A model generated the notes under the pieces. The model made no database searches, was not told where the DNA came from, and was given only the letters and a program-made list of their open reading frames with translations. Below are positions 1-12,133 of a stretch of 64,000 nt of DNA, piece by piece. This stretch comes from Gekko japonicus (Eukaryota). Location of the stretch: assembly GCF_001447785.1 (NCBI RefSeq), contig NW_015163678.1, positions 143,410 to 207,409 on the forward strand, in the 5' to 3' direction. Made by a program: the position numbers and the translations under genes. Numbering within the stretch: position 1 is the stretch's first letter; every line of letters starts with the position of its first letter.

Positions 1-325
1 GTCCTTTCGGCTTTGGCCCAGCCGCTTCACTCTTTCTGGGGTTACTTGTACTTGCCCTCTGCTCTTCCCCAGTAGCATATTGGACACCTTCCGACCTGAG
101 GGGCTCATCTTCCGGCGTTGTATCTTTTAGCCTTTTGATACTGTCCATGGGGTTTTCTTGGCAAAGATACTGGAGTGGGTTGCCATTTCCTTCTCCAGTG
201 GATCACACTTGGTCTGAGTTCTCTGCTGTGGCCTGTCAGTCCTGGGTGGCCCTCCACGGCATAGCCCACAACCTCATCGAACCATGCAAGCCCCCTTGCC
301 ACATCAAGGCAGTGATCCATGAGGG
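1..325 (-). mobile_element. BovB (RTE clade) LINE 5' region, continuing off the left edge of the window
   Basis: Minus strand reads CCCTCATGGATCACTGCCTTG...GATCCACTGGAGAAGGAAATGGCAACCCACTCCAGTATCTTTGCCAAGAAAACCCCATGGACAG, which I recognise as BovB 5' sequence. Confidence 0.8.
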
Positions 326-1119
326 ATTAGATGATTAGATGGGCACAAAACATAGGTTATAATATACAGTTAGACCAATGGACTAAGGAATGGAAAACTA
401 ATATAAAATATACAAAAGCTACATATAAAGAAAATATATATAAAATTGTTTTATGGATGGCATATGATTCCAGAGAATTTAGCAAAATGTTATCCAAGTA
501 TGTCAAATGTATGTTCAAAATGTAAGCAAAATACCAGTTCCTTCTTTCATATGTGGTGGTCTTGTAATATAACAAAAAAATATTGGATATGGATACATGA
601 GATGTTGCAAAAAAATTCTAGAAACAACTATACCATTTGTACCAGAACTGTTTTTATTAAATATTATACCAGAGAGTTTTAAAAAACCAGATGTTTATAT
701 GATTATACATGTTATAACCATGGCTAGGATTTTGTATGCAAAATACTGGAGAAAAGAAGAAGTTCTATCAAAAGAAGAAATAATTTACAAACTATTGGAA
801 ACAGTGGAAATGGACAAATTAACTCTACAACTACAAAATAGAAAAGAAGAAATCTTTGAGAAAACCTGGGCAAGACTATATAAATGGATCGAAGAATATC
901 TTAAAATATGTACAATATAATTATTAAGACATAAGCTCTACATTTTGAATGGTTAAATTGGTTTAGGTGCATAAAAGAATTATTCCATCTATGCAAAATT
1001 TAAGTAGTCAGAATGAGTACATGCTTCATGTTTTTTTGTGTTGGTTTATCTGTATTTGTAGTTGTTGTCTTTTTCTTTCTTTTGTAGAAAACCAATAAAA
1101 TCTATACAAAAAAAAAAAA
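326..1119 (+). mobile_element. L1 LINE 3' fragment (frameshifted ORF2 C-terminus, 3'UTR, poly-A)
   Basis: ORF pieces 331-525, 446-682 and 597-920 align by eye with the ORF2 C-terminus at 41.4-42.1 kb. They include the zinc knuckle CSKCKQNTSSFFHMWWSC. AATAAA at 1094-1099, A-tail at 1108-1119. Confidence 0.9.
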
Positions 1120-1960
1120 GAACCTGGCTGCAGCATTTTGCACTAGCTGCAGCTTCTGGATTTGTGACAAGGACAGCCCCATGTAGAGAGCATTACAGTA
1201 GTCCAATCGCAAGATGACCATCACATGAATCACTGTTGCCAAGTCATTGCAGTTGAGGAAGGGAAGGTAAAGGTAAAGGTTCCCTTGCTCGAAAGCCAGT
1301 TGAATCCGACTCTAGGGTTGCGGTGCTCATCTCTGTTTCAAAGCCGAAGAGCCAGCGCTGTCCGAAGACGTTTTCGTGGTCATGTGGCCGGCATGACTAA
1401 ACACCAAGGCGCACGGAACGCTGTTACCTTCCTACCAAAGTGGTACCTATTTATCTACTTGCAATTTCTTGCTTTTGAACTGCTAGGTTGGCAGGAGCTG
1501 GAACTAGAGATGGGCGCTCACTCCATCATGCGGCACCCGGGTCTCAAACTGCTGAACTACTGACCTTCCACAGCCTGCAGTTCAGCGTCTTAACCACTTG
1601 AGAACCAGCTGCCTAATCAGCCAAAGGCTGACTTGGCAGTGGCTGCTACCTGCTCCATTGTTATGTTATGCTCCCAAGCTCCTAACCTCCGGCACTGTCA
1701 CCAACAGCACCCCATTGAAGGTCGGGAGTGGGTTCCCTACCCCCGGGCTGCCCTGGCTCAGGCACAGGACCTCCATCTTTGGCGGATTCAATTTCAATTG
1801 GCTCAGTCTAAGCCATCTAGCCACAGCTTGTATGCCTGGTCCAGATCTTCTGGTCTGGAGTCAGTCTGGTCGCCCAACAACACATAGAATTTGGTGTCAT
1901 TGCATACTGGTGACATCCCAGCCCATGCCTCCAATGTACTTTGATGCATCAGTCAGCTTC
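1120..1960 (-). mobile_element. L2 LINE fragment interrupted by a Sauria SINE
   Basis: Minus strand has L2 ORF2 motifs (RLDYCNAL-like GACTACTGTAATGC; CCAGTATGCAATGACACC, a degenerate YADD region). Confidence 0.7.
1264..1602 (-). mobile_element. Sauria SINE
   Basis: (ACCTTT)n 3' tail seen as AAGGTAAAGGTAAAGGT at 1264-1280, plus the typical core GGTCATGTGGCCGGCATGACT...GTACCTATTTATCTACT. Confidence 0.85.
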
Positions 1961-2994
1961 AAGTATTATGTCTGATCATGTGTTTAAAATAAGTAAAATG
2001 TTCTACTACAAGAAATGGGAAATCTGCTAATCTTATTAGGGTCTTATAGCAAGGAACATATTCCTGTATAACTTCCAGACATACACAACTTCCACTTACA
2101 TACCCAGATGCAGATTCCATTTTGTGAACTTTGACTAATGCTCTGTTGTGACTAATTGCATGTTGCCCTGTTCTAAAATCTAATTTCCCCCACTCTTTGA
2201 GCCATTTCCAGGTCTCTAACATAAGAGAGGAATGTAAATGCAACACAGTCACTTACAAATGTACAAATCTCCAATCGCATTTATGTTCCATTATTTTCTG
2301 ATGTATTTTATTTTCTGTCATCTTGGTGCATCACCATATGCTGTAAAACACATTATGGGTGGACAAGGGAGAGAGTCGTACTGTGTTTTATCTAATTTTA
2401 CTTTCTTTATTCTAGTAGACATAATCATATCTGAACCCTCCACACAACATCTAGCTGAACATTAATGGGTAGCTTAGTTTCCATTAGAACGGAAACAAAT
2501 TTTCTCCCTAAAATTCTCCTCTAAGTTCTTCTTCATGAATGTTTAATGTTGCATATTCTCGGAGTGCTCACCTATTCTCCTTACTAAGCTATCCATCATT
2601 ATTTGTATCAGACATTTGAAGTTACTTCTTACCTGTATTTAATTCATAGCAATTGTTTGCAACATTCCATGCCAGACAACTGATATTAGAAAGCATTTGA
2701 TAATTTGACAGTATTGACTGTGGGGGACCACTCATGCTGCCCTGAGCCCCCTGGAGGAAGGGCAAGATAAAACATTGATCAACAGATAAATACATCCTTA
2801 TATGAACTGAATCAGACTACATATATTTTGGCATATTTAGAAGCTTCATTTGTTTTCAAACATAAAAATTATTAGTTTTACTGTTGAGAGGTTATTTTAC
2901 CCATTAAGAATAATCCTTGGTATTTGGTAGTATTTTAGTTCCTTATCTATTCTATCTATATGCCGATCATAAGGAAAGGTGGTTGTAGCGGTTC

Positions 2995-3512
2995 NNNNNN
3001 NNNNNNNNNNNNNNNNNNNNNNNNNNNNNNNNNNNNNNNNNNNNNNNNNNNNNNNNNNNNNNNNNNNNNNNNNNNNNNNNNNNNNNNNNNNNNNNNNNNN
3101 NNNNNNNNNNNNNNNNNNNNNNNNNNNNNNNNNNNNNNNNNNNNNNNNNNNNNNNNNNNNNNNNNNNNNNNNNNNNNNNNNNNNNNNNNNNNNNNNNNNN
3201 NNNNNNNNNNNNNNNNNNNNNNNNNNNNNNNNNNNNNNNNNNNNNNNNNNNNNNNNNNNNNNNNNNNNNNNNNNNNNNNNNNNNNNNNNNNNNNNNNNNN
3301 NNNNNNNNNNNNNNNNNNNNNNNNNNNNNNNNNNNNNNNNNNNNNNNNNNNNNNNNNNNNNNNNNNNNNNNNNNNNNNNNNNNNNNNNNNNNNNNNNNNN
3401 NNNNNNNNNNNNNNNNNNNNNNNNNNNNNNNNNNNNNNNNNNNNNNNNNNNNNNNNNNNNNNNNNNNNNNNNNNNNNNNNNNNNNNNNNNNNNNNNNNNN
3501 NNNNNNNNNNNN
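2995..3512. other. Assembly gap (518 N) with a low-quality, homopolymer-rich right flank (3513-3600)
   Basis: Run of N; the ORFs spanning it are artefacts. Confidence 0.99.
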
Positions 3513-3599
3513 ATTGTGGGGGGGGGGGAAACAAAAAAGGCTTCAGGGAAAAAACGAGGGGGAAACATCCCCCCCCCGAATTTTTCCATTTTTTTCCTG

Positions 3600-3910
3600 G
3601 GCCTTCACATCTCTAGACTGGACTACTGCAATGCACTGTTTTTGGAGCTAACCTTGAAGAGTGTTTAGAGACTGAGCTAGCACAGAATGCTGTGGCTAGA
3701 AGGCTGGTTGGGGTCAGCTATTGGGAGCATGTGACACTGATGTTACAGGTATTACACTGGCTATTGATCTGCTCCTGAACCCAATTCAAGTGTTGGTTTT
3801 GACCTTTAAAATCCCTATATGGCTTCGGATCCAAGTATTTGAAGAACCATCTTGTCCCATATGTTTCTGCCCGGGAATGAAGAACACAGGGAGAGGTCCT
3901 CCTGACTGTT
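3600..3910 (+). mobile_element. L2 LINE 3' fragment
   Basis: Encodes SRLDYCNALF..., the conserved L2 ORF2 C-terminal motif. Confidence 0.7.
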
Positions 3911-5943
3911 AACAACAAGGGTGTTAATAATAAGACTTTTTGGAGGTAATTAATTCATAGGGTCACCATATGTCAGAAACAACTTGATGAAGTGTGCATG
4001 CACACGAAAGCTTATACCCAGAATTAAACTGTAGATCTTAAAGGTGCCACTGGACTCAAACTTTGTTCCCAATCAAGACAGTATGATTGAGCCTAATTCA
4101 AGATATAGGCTGAGATTTTTAAAAAAAAATCTGTACCATTTCTACAATTAGTTACATAGGCCAAAATCCAAAAGATCACGAAACTAGTTTTGGTTTTTGT
4201 TAAATGGCAGGATTTCCCTTTCACATGTAATCCTCAGAAAACTTTCCTGGGAGTAGGCATCACTGAATAAAAGGGAACTTACTTCCAAGTAGACTGGTTT
4301 AGGATTGCTCTTGCAGTCTCTTAATCTCTTGACAACATATTCCTTCCATCTGCATGAGACTTTGGAGAGTGGTGTTGTGACCCACTGCTGATACTACTGG
4401 TCAGGATGGGATGCATAAGGCTAAACTAATGTTAGATGGCTCCTTCAGAAGCTTGAAAGTGAGCCCATTTTAATTGCTTCCATATTTATAGGACCTGCAG
4501 ACTTCCATTACCTAAAAACAAAAACCAGGATTCTGAGAAGACTGAGTCAGTCTTCTAGAAAGCAATATAATGAATCATTTAAAATGCTGACAAGAAATCA
4601 GTGGTAAAGTTAATTTACAAAAACACACAGTCTAACAGCTGCTCTGGTAACTGATTTTCTACCTGGTATAAGGGCACACTGTATTTTGAGCATCAGCCAG
4701 CCCTACGTCATTGTAACAGCCTTGTGCCAGCTGTTAGAAATGTTTGGCTATGGCACAAGTATGATCTGGTGAATCAACATGAGCAGCTGACAAGGATGAA
4801 GAATGACAGTTATGTGTAAAAGAGAATGACAGACATATGGTGCCAGTATTATGCTAATACTTGCGGTCTCCGGCATTATTTGGTTAAACTTAATTGGAGT
4901 GCTCCACATTTACAGACAATTTAATTATTGTGCAATTTTATACCCAATTAAGTTTGATCTTCCATATTGTAACAGTAGGCTTTCCATTTAACAGGGATGG
5001 ATAATGAACAAAGCTGTGTCAGTCAGTGTGTGAGCCCAGGCTTATGGCCTACCATTGTTCTCAATATCCAGTCCTGCATCATTTTCCCCAATTCAACTAG
5101 CATCTCCATTGTTTATGAAATTTCTGCTCATGTTTTTTATTTGAATATTTTTAATACTGTAGGTTTTTAAAAAAATGTAGGGTGTTTTGTGCTCACTCAG
5201 TAGTTAATCTGAAGAGGCCATAAAATAATTAAGTCAGAGTTGCAAGATAGGCCTCTGATTTGAGGGAGATTCTAAAATGGATTTCTTAATAGCACTAAAC
5301 AGTGAGCTGTAATACATTTAATCTTTGTGTGAACATTTGCTTCTTTTTAAATCAGTAGAATTCATTTTGTACTAAAAACTATTTTTAAAACCAGTTTTTT
5401 CTTATAGCAGTACTTGCAAAGAGGAAGTCAAAAGAGCTCCAGCCCCAATCAGATAACTCCCCACTCTTCCACATACCTCAATCAAGCTCTCAGTTTCAAA
5501 GCAAGCTTGTGTTACGTGGCATTTCCCCACAATAGAGACCAATACTGGGCATACCCCAACATCCTATGGTCTTCAGATGCTGTTATTTATTTGTTTATTT
5601 TTATTTTATTACTTTCAATTTATATTCTGCCCTCCCTGCAACAGGGCTCAGGTCAGATTCCAAATATATAGATCTACAAATAATACAGATTTACAATTAA
5701 AAACATACGTATACAGCAATAAGAACTATTAATTCACTAAAATCACTAAACTACTAAACATATATTGTGCCTCAACAGATTATGTTAATTCTGGCAATAT
5801 TATAGTTCCAGTAGGCTTCTAGGATCTGTGGTCACTGGAGGGGGGGGCAGATCAAAGTTGATGCCCGCTGCCTCAACTAAAAGCTTGGGAGAAAAGCTCC
5901 ATCTTACAGGCCCTGCGGAATTGTAACAGGTCCCGCAGTAGTT

Positions 5944-6051
5944 ATGTAGATATGGGGAAAGCCTCTAGAGTGATATTATGTAGTTATGGGGGATATTATG
6001 TAGTTATGGGGGATATTATGTAGTTATGGGAAAAGCCTCTAGAGTGATATT
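5944..6051 (+). repeat. Variant minisatellite A-B-B-A (34-bp and 20-bp units)
   Basis: ATGTAG(A/T)TATGGG(G/A)AAAGCCTCTAGAGTGATATT flanks two copies of ATGTAGTTATGGGGGATATT. Confidence 0.85.
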
Positions 6052-7048
6052 AAAGACAGGTCACTTGATCAAGGTAAGAATTAAGGTACTCCTGGCAGGA
6101 AGTAGTCGGAGTTTCTGAGTACTCTAGAAAAATATCAATAAGGCTTCTTTAAGCCTCCAGAGCTTTCCACACCTTTTCGCCATGAACAATGACTCAGGTT
6201 TACAGGATACTAAATAAAGCACTTGAAATTTCCTTCACAAATACAATTCCAGGATGATACAACCATAAATCCAGAAAGGATCAGTTCATAGGGTTCCCAT
6301 TCCCTAGGCGGGGGCAGGGGATCCCCCACTTTTGGGGGATTCTGCTGGCAGCTAGCCAGCAGAGGGAAACCCGCCCCAAACAGTGACATCACATGGTGAT
6401 GTCCCCGACACAATGATGTCATGCGGAAGTCATGTCATCATGTCCAGGACATCACGCAGTGACGCTCTGGTTTTTGGGCAAGACTATATGGTCTGAGGGT
6501 CATTTTACCTTAGAGTTTTGCTTTCGGAACAGAGTGCCACCATGTGGTATCTCCAACGCAATGACTGTGCCATCCTATCGCCACCCAGATCCTGGACTCG
6601 GACCAATGGGATCCTGGATTCTAAAAAGGCACCAGTTATAACACAACCACGTGTCCACCAATGGAAAACCAGATTCCAAAGGTTTGGCCTACTGCCAGTC
6701 TTCCTACGTTGGCACCCAAGTGCAAATTGAGCCCTCCATTTATGTAGATGGTTCACTTCCGGAGCCATCTTTGATCTTCTGTTATTACAAAGTCCCAGGA
6801 CCTTTCTTCATCAAGACAGTCAGAGTATGATTCCTTCTCTCTCACTGTACCTTTCTTCTTGAAATTAGCCCTCTGTGTACTCTTACCTGTTTACCTTCTC
6901 TCAGCTTCTCCATTCTCCATTCAGGACTGGCTTTCCTTATTTTAGAGTAAAAAAATCATTTTAATTGGATATTTGGCATAAAGTAATACAGCTACACATT
7001 AGGACTGTGCAGACTGAATGACTTTTATTAGTTTATGTATTTGCTTTT

Positions 7049-7326
7049 TATTGTGTAGTGGGTTAACCGCATGGCGAGGCCGCCGCAGCTCACATAACAT
7101 CCTGCACGCTTCACTGCTACACAACAAAAGACAAAGGGCAACGGCCCGTGGGCCAACTATATACATACATGAGGACACCCCCTAGATCCCGTTGGTGGGT
7201 TTGAATTTACTGCCAACCTCCCATTGGTCCCTCAGTGGAGAGACCCGGAGCCTTGTCCACATTGTTCTTCCAGAGCCAAGCTCTGGGGTGTTCGCTGGCC
7301 TCTGGTGGCGGTCAGCGGACACAACA
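7049..7326 (-). mobile_element. Short solo LTR (278 bp)
   Basis: Ends TATTGTGT...ACACAACA (inverted repeat with 1 mismatch). 5-bp TSD CTTTT at 7044-7048 and 7327-7331. TATA-like and CCAAT motifs on the minus strand. Confidence 0.6.
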
Positions 7327-9297
7327 CTTTTTAATACTGACTCCTTGTTTTCTAGATTCAGGTGGATAGCTGTGTTGGTCCAAAGCAGCAAGACAAAGTT
7401 TGAGTCCAGTGGCACCTGTAAGACCAACAAAGTTTTATTCTGGGTAGAAGCTTCCATGTGCATGCACACTTTTCCAGATACATTGAAACGAAGTCACCAA
7501 CCATTACAAAGAGGTAGAGTATGAGGAGGTTGTTGCCAGGAAGGGCCAATTAGAGTCAAGGTGTATAAGTAACTGAGCTGTAATTATAGCTAAGACTGGA
7601 TGAATGCAATTGGTAAGATCTGTCTGTTTAGTAAAATATTTCTACTCTGCTTTTTGATTTAAGTCTTCAAGGAAGCTAGAAAAAAGTCCATTAATCACCA
7701 AACTACAAACTGAAATTTCACAAAACCACAACAGTCAGAGCAGAAGAAATAAAGATAATTGGTTTTGGCAGAAATTATTATTTTGTTGTATACTCTTCAG
7801 TGAAGTACCACCTTGGCTTGGTACCCAAATGCTGACAAGGAAGAAATGAAGCGGATCTCCCTCAGGAGGAAGTCTCACAGTTTCCACTGTTCACTGAAGA
7901 AAAAGGCCACATCCTGGCTTCCCTTTGTATTTCAGATAATAGGGGAGTACTGAGGAAAGCCTCTGAGGAAGTTTAAGATAGGGTCACATGCAACCATATT
8001 CAAAGTATCTAAGATCCAGACTACTTTAGAGCTTGCACATTCTTCTCCTTGGTGAGATGCAAAGGGGCAGGGAATACCTCTCTCTCCACATCCTCCTACT
8101 GGAAGATATGGAAGATCAAGTTCAGACGTTATGTGTGTGTGCGTGTGTGCTGTCAAGTCACAGCTGACTTGTGGCAATTCCATAAGGTTTTCAAGACAAG
8201 CGATTAAGTAGAGGTGGTTTGACATTGCAAAGTCTTCCTTGGTGGTCTTCCATCTGAGTACCAACACTGCTTAGCTTCCAAGACCTGACAAGAACGGGCT
8301 ATGCTATACTGTTCCACACGCTCAGACATTATAGTAGTTAGCATTTGTGTAGTGTTCAAAGTAACTCACATACATTTTCTATTGTAATCCTTCCAACTGC
8401 CTTGTAAAGTTGGTGATTATTATCATCCCACTATTGAGTACATTTTATTATAAATGATTTTAGATTGTGAAGGCCTATGGCCATATACAATAAATTTTCT
8501 ACCTATCTACCACTATTGTACATCAGTGGCTTACTTATTGTGAGACTGTATGTAAGCTACTTCCTAGCTTACATACAGACAGTCTCACAGAAATTTTATG
8601 GATGTCAATTATCAGTAATGCTAAGTTGTAGATTTACAGTTATACAAACAGGCTTTCTTATGCTACCACTTTGTGCTCATGAAAATGATCCTGTGTTTCC
8701 TCATTATCACACTGCTTTGTTGATCTCTGGCTCTGAATTTGGACATAATCTGGCTCTTTAAAGACTGGTGTCACTTTTACTCTTACCAGCTGATCCTCAA
8801 GATTTGTAATGTTCCTGATTCTAAAGTAAAGGAACTGATTGCTGGCAAGAACCTAAAACCTGGTGCTGCTGAAAACTGGGAAAGCCTGCCCTTTATCTTT
8901 GGCAGACATGTAGTGGAAACTTCCAAACCGTCTTCATTCCAAAACATACTCACTGATTACAATAAAAGAACTGTAGCATAAAATGTTGGGGGTGGGGTTA
9001 CAGCAATAAACGTTAAGTAATTACAATGGGGATTACGGCAATAATTTTAAGACATTAAATAATTTTGAAGTAATTACAATGTTGGCTTAAATTTTCCCAA
9101 ATTTCACATTTAACTCTAATCTTGATACATTCGTGGACTATTTTTATAGTCTATGGTAGATTTAAAAGTAAAGACTAGTCAGATATTTCTTTAATGCATC
9201 AGCATGTTTTTCACTTGATCCTTCAGTTTAATAGTCAATTACAGTAAGTGCTGAGGAGTGTGGATGCTACAGTAATAGCTGCAATGTTATTTATAAG

Positions 9298-9637
9298 CAG
9301 AGGTCATTTCGGGGGGAACGCGGGGGAACGCAGTTCCCCTGAGTGAGGTGCAGGGGGCGGGGCACATGACGAAGCCCAGTCCCCTGCTTCCGGCCGCCCC
9401 GCTTCCAGCCCTCATTCAGCCAGGAGGAGGCCGGAGAAGAAGGAGGGTAAGTTGCTTCCTCCCCACCTCTCCCCACCCCTGCCTGCCTGGGGCCAGGGAG
9501 GGCCTTGGCAGGGCTTCCTCGCACTCCCGCTGGCCTTGCAGGTCCACCGCCGGGCCCCTGATTTTAAGGGGTGTGGCATATGCTAATGAGTTATGCTAAT
9601 GAGTTCCCCTAGCTCTTTTTCTACGAAATGACCCCTG
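9298..9637. mobile_element. Non-autonomous hAT-type MITE (340 bp)
   Basis: TIR CAGAGGTCATTTCG / CGAAATGACCCCTG; perfect 8-bp TSD TTTATAAG (9290-9297, 9638-9645). Confidence 0.85.
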
Positions 9638-10239
9638 TTTATAAGCAGCTAAATGTAGGGAACTCCAATGTGAATTACAATGTGAGATGTGTGCAGCTGT
9701 GTGGGTGTGTATTTGGGTCTAACTGAAAATATACCTGGAAAAAAACCTTATCAGTCCCGCCGCTTAGCTGTTTTTGGGCTTTCTTCTGCAGTCCCTTTAA
9801 ACAGGGGGTGTTTAAAGAGACTGCAGAAGACAGCCCGCAAAACAGCCAAGGGGGGGCAGTCTCCCCTGCGTATCGCCATCCCCCGTGACAGGGATCCTGT
9901 AAAGAGCTGTAGATCCCCCGCCGGTATTTGGTAAGCCTACCTGCCAGCTGAGCTGGAGCTCTTTTGAGGTGTTCCACTGAACTGCCAAGGAGAGCCCTAG
10001 CAGAGCCTGCAGGGTGAATTCTCCCTGCAGGGTCGGCTGCTTTGCAGGCTTTGTTGGGCAGTCCTGTTTAAACCAGGCTGCCTAGCAGAGCCCCAGCCCA
10101 GCCTACGGGGAGAATTCTCCCCACAGGATTGGCTCCTTTGGTTTAAAGGGATTGCCCAAAAGAGCCACAGCTGAGCCACCTCTCAGATTTTTTTGCAGCT
10201 TTAGTGCTACTTCCCCCCCTCCCCATACTGATGTAGCTT

Positions 10240-10880
10240 CCCCCAGGATGCATAGGCTGGGTTACAGAGAGTATCCAAAGTCCAGTCCAAAAGTCAAGGA
10301 TTCCAGAGAGTAGGTTTACCAAAGTTTAGCTGAGGATTAAGGAGTTCCTGGCAACAAGTCCAAGTCCAGTCCAAGGTCAGGGGTTCCAGAAAAGCCAGTT
10401 GGCAGGTCCAGTCTGAGGTTCAAGGCTGCAGAGGTCCAGTAGCAGCAAGGTTGGTGGCTCAGTAGCAGTGTACTTGTTGCATCCACAAACTACTGCTTCT
10501 CTCAGCTGAATTTATAGTCAAGTCTTAATGAGCTAAACTCCCAGCCAATTCCTTGGCAGTCTTCCTGAAACTACTCATTAGTCTCAATTGACAGCTGATG
10601 ACGGGCCATGAGTCTCGAACTTCTTCTTTGTTGCAAGGGTGTGGGTGAGCTAGGTGGGCTGGGAATAGCTGCTGAAGACTTGTTTACTGCTTCAGAGCTA
10701 CAAGGTGTTGGCTTGGTTTCAGCTGTAGGCTGTGACTCCTGATCAGCCGGTAATCTTATCTCTTGTTGTTCTCCTTCTGGCTCAGCGGCAGCTGGCTGTT
10801 CAGTTACCAGCTCAGGGCTAGCAGGTAGCTCTTCATCTGAGAAATCTGAACCATCACTCAGAACAGACTGACTTAGGACA
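10240..10880 (-). mobile_element. Probable Gypsy-type solo LTR nested in a DNA-transposon-like element (~9700-11040)
   Basis: Minus-strand start TGTCCTAAG at 10880, TATAAA on the minus strand near 10511-10516, internal GTCCAAAGTC-type repeats. Left end and TSD not resolved. Confidence 0.45.
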
Positions 10881-11397
10881 CCCTGGTATTTTTCGGTTCA
10901 GGTCTGTTGGACCCAAAAAATTTGGGATTTCCAAAAAATCTGATATCCTAATACTTTACAGGTTTTTTCAGGAATTCCAAATTTTGTTTGGCTCTAGTAG
11001 ACCTAAACCGAAAAACACCGAGAATTTTTTTCACACATCCCTAATCCCTAATGCATAATTTATGGATTGCTATAGAGAAGTGATTATTCTTAGCTCACTG
11101 TTCAGTTTGTCATGAAAGAAATACATAATCTTTCCAGTATCCTCTATTTTTGGTTAAGTTACATGAAAAATTCTAGAGTGTCTAGGGCTTGATATGTTTT
11201 TAAAATACAGCAAAAACATAAATTTAATGGCGACGGTATGCTAGTTTCTGCATTGAATGTACTTCTTGATCCCAATCTTATCTCAGTTAGGGGCTCTTTT
11301 TCATTAGGGTTGTCAGCTCTAGTTTGGGAAATTCCTGGTGATGTATGACTGGTGCCTGGGGAGGGAGCTAAGAAGGGGTGTGATGTCACTTTATCTC

Positions 11398-12133
11398 AGA
11401 AAAGACAATGCAGAGCTGGAAAAAGTACAGAGAAGGGTGACCAAAATGATTAAGGGGTTGGGGCATCTTCCCTATGAGGAAAGGCTGAAGAGTCTGGGAC
11501 TTTTCGGTTGATAAAAGAGATGACTAGGGGTTTATAAAATTATGCTTGGGGTGGAGAGAGTTTATGTAGGCTGCAGTCACATGCGCTAAATAATTCACTT
11601 TCAATCCACTTTCCAACTTGATTTTTCCAGTTCACACAGTAAAAATCCAGTTGGAAAGTGCATTGAAAATGGATTATTTAGCGTGTGTGACCACAGCCAA
11701 AGAGAACCTTTTCTCCCTTTCTCAAAATACTAGAACTCGAGAGCACCTAATGAAGTTGAAGGGCAGAAGATTTAAGACGGACAAAAGGAAATACTTCTTT
11801 ACACAGAGAGTGAATAAAATGTGGAATTCGCTGCCAGAGGATGTAGTGATGGCCATAGGGATAAACAGCTGTAAAAGGGGATTAGATAGATTCATGGAGG
11901 ATAGGTCTATCAGTGTCTACTAGCCATGGTGACTGAGGGGAACCTCCACATCCAGAGGTTCTAAACTAAACCTCTGAATCCCAGAGCCAGGAGGCAACAT
12001 CAGGGGAAGGTCTTGGCCTATATGCCCTGTTGTTTGACCTCCAGAGGAACTGGTTGTCCGCTGTGTGAGACAGGATGCTGGACTAGATGGACCACTGGTC
12101 TGATCCAGCAGGGTTCTTCAGATGTTCTTATGT
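11398..12133 (+). mobile_element. CR1 LINE 3' end, interrupted by a palindromic MITE
   Basis: Encodes [25 protein letters not shown] and RRFKTDKRKYFFTQRV (CR1 ORF2 C-terminus); 3'UTR ends in TTCTTATG. Confidence 0.85.
11569..11698. mobile_element. 130-bp hairpin MITE (PIF/Harbinger-like ends) inserted in CR1
   Basis: GGCTGCAGTCACATGCGCTAAATAATTCACTTTCAAT...ATTGAAAATGGATTATTTAGCGTGTGTGACCACAGCC is an almost end-to-end inverted repeat. Confidence 0.7.

Noticed and set aside
2897-3668. Four long ORFs (192-230 aa) in the ORF track
   Set aside because: They span the N gap and a low-quality flank.
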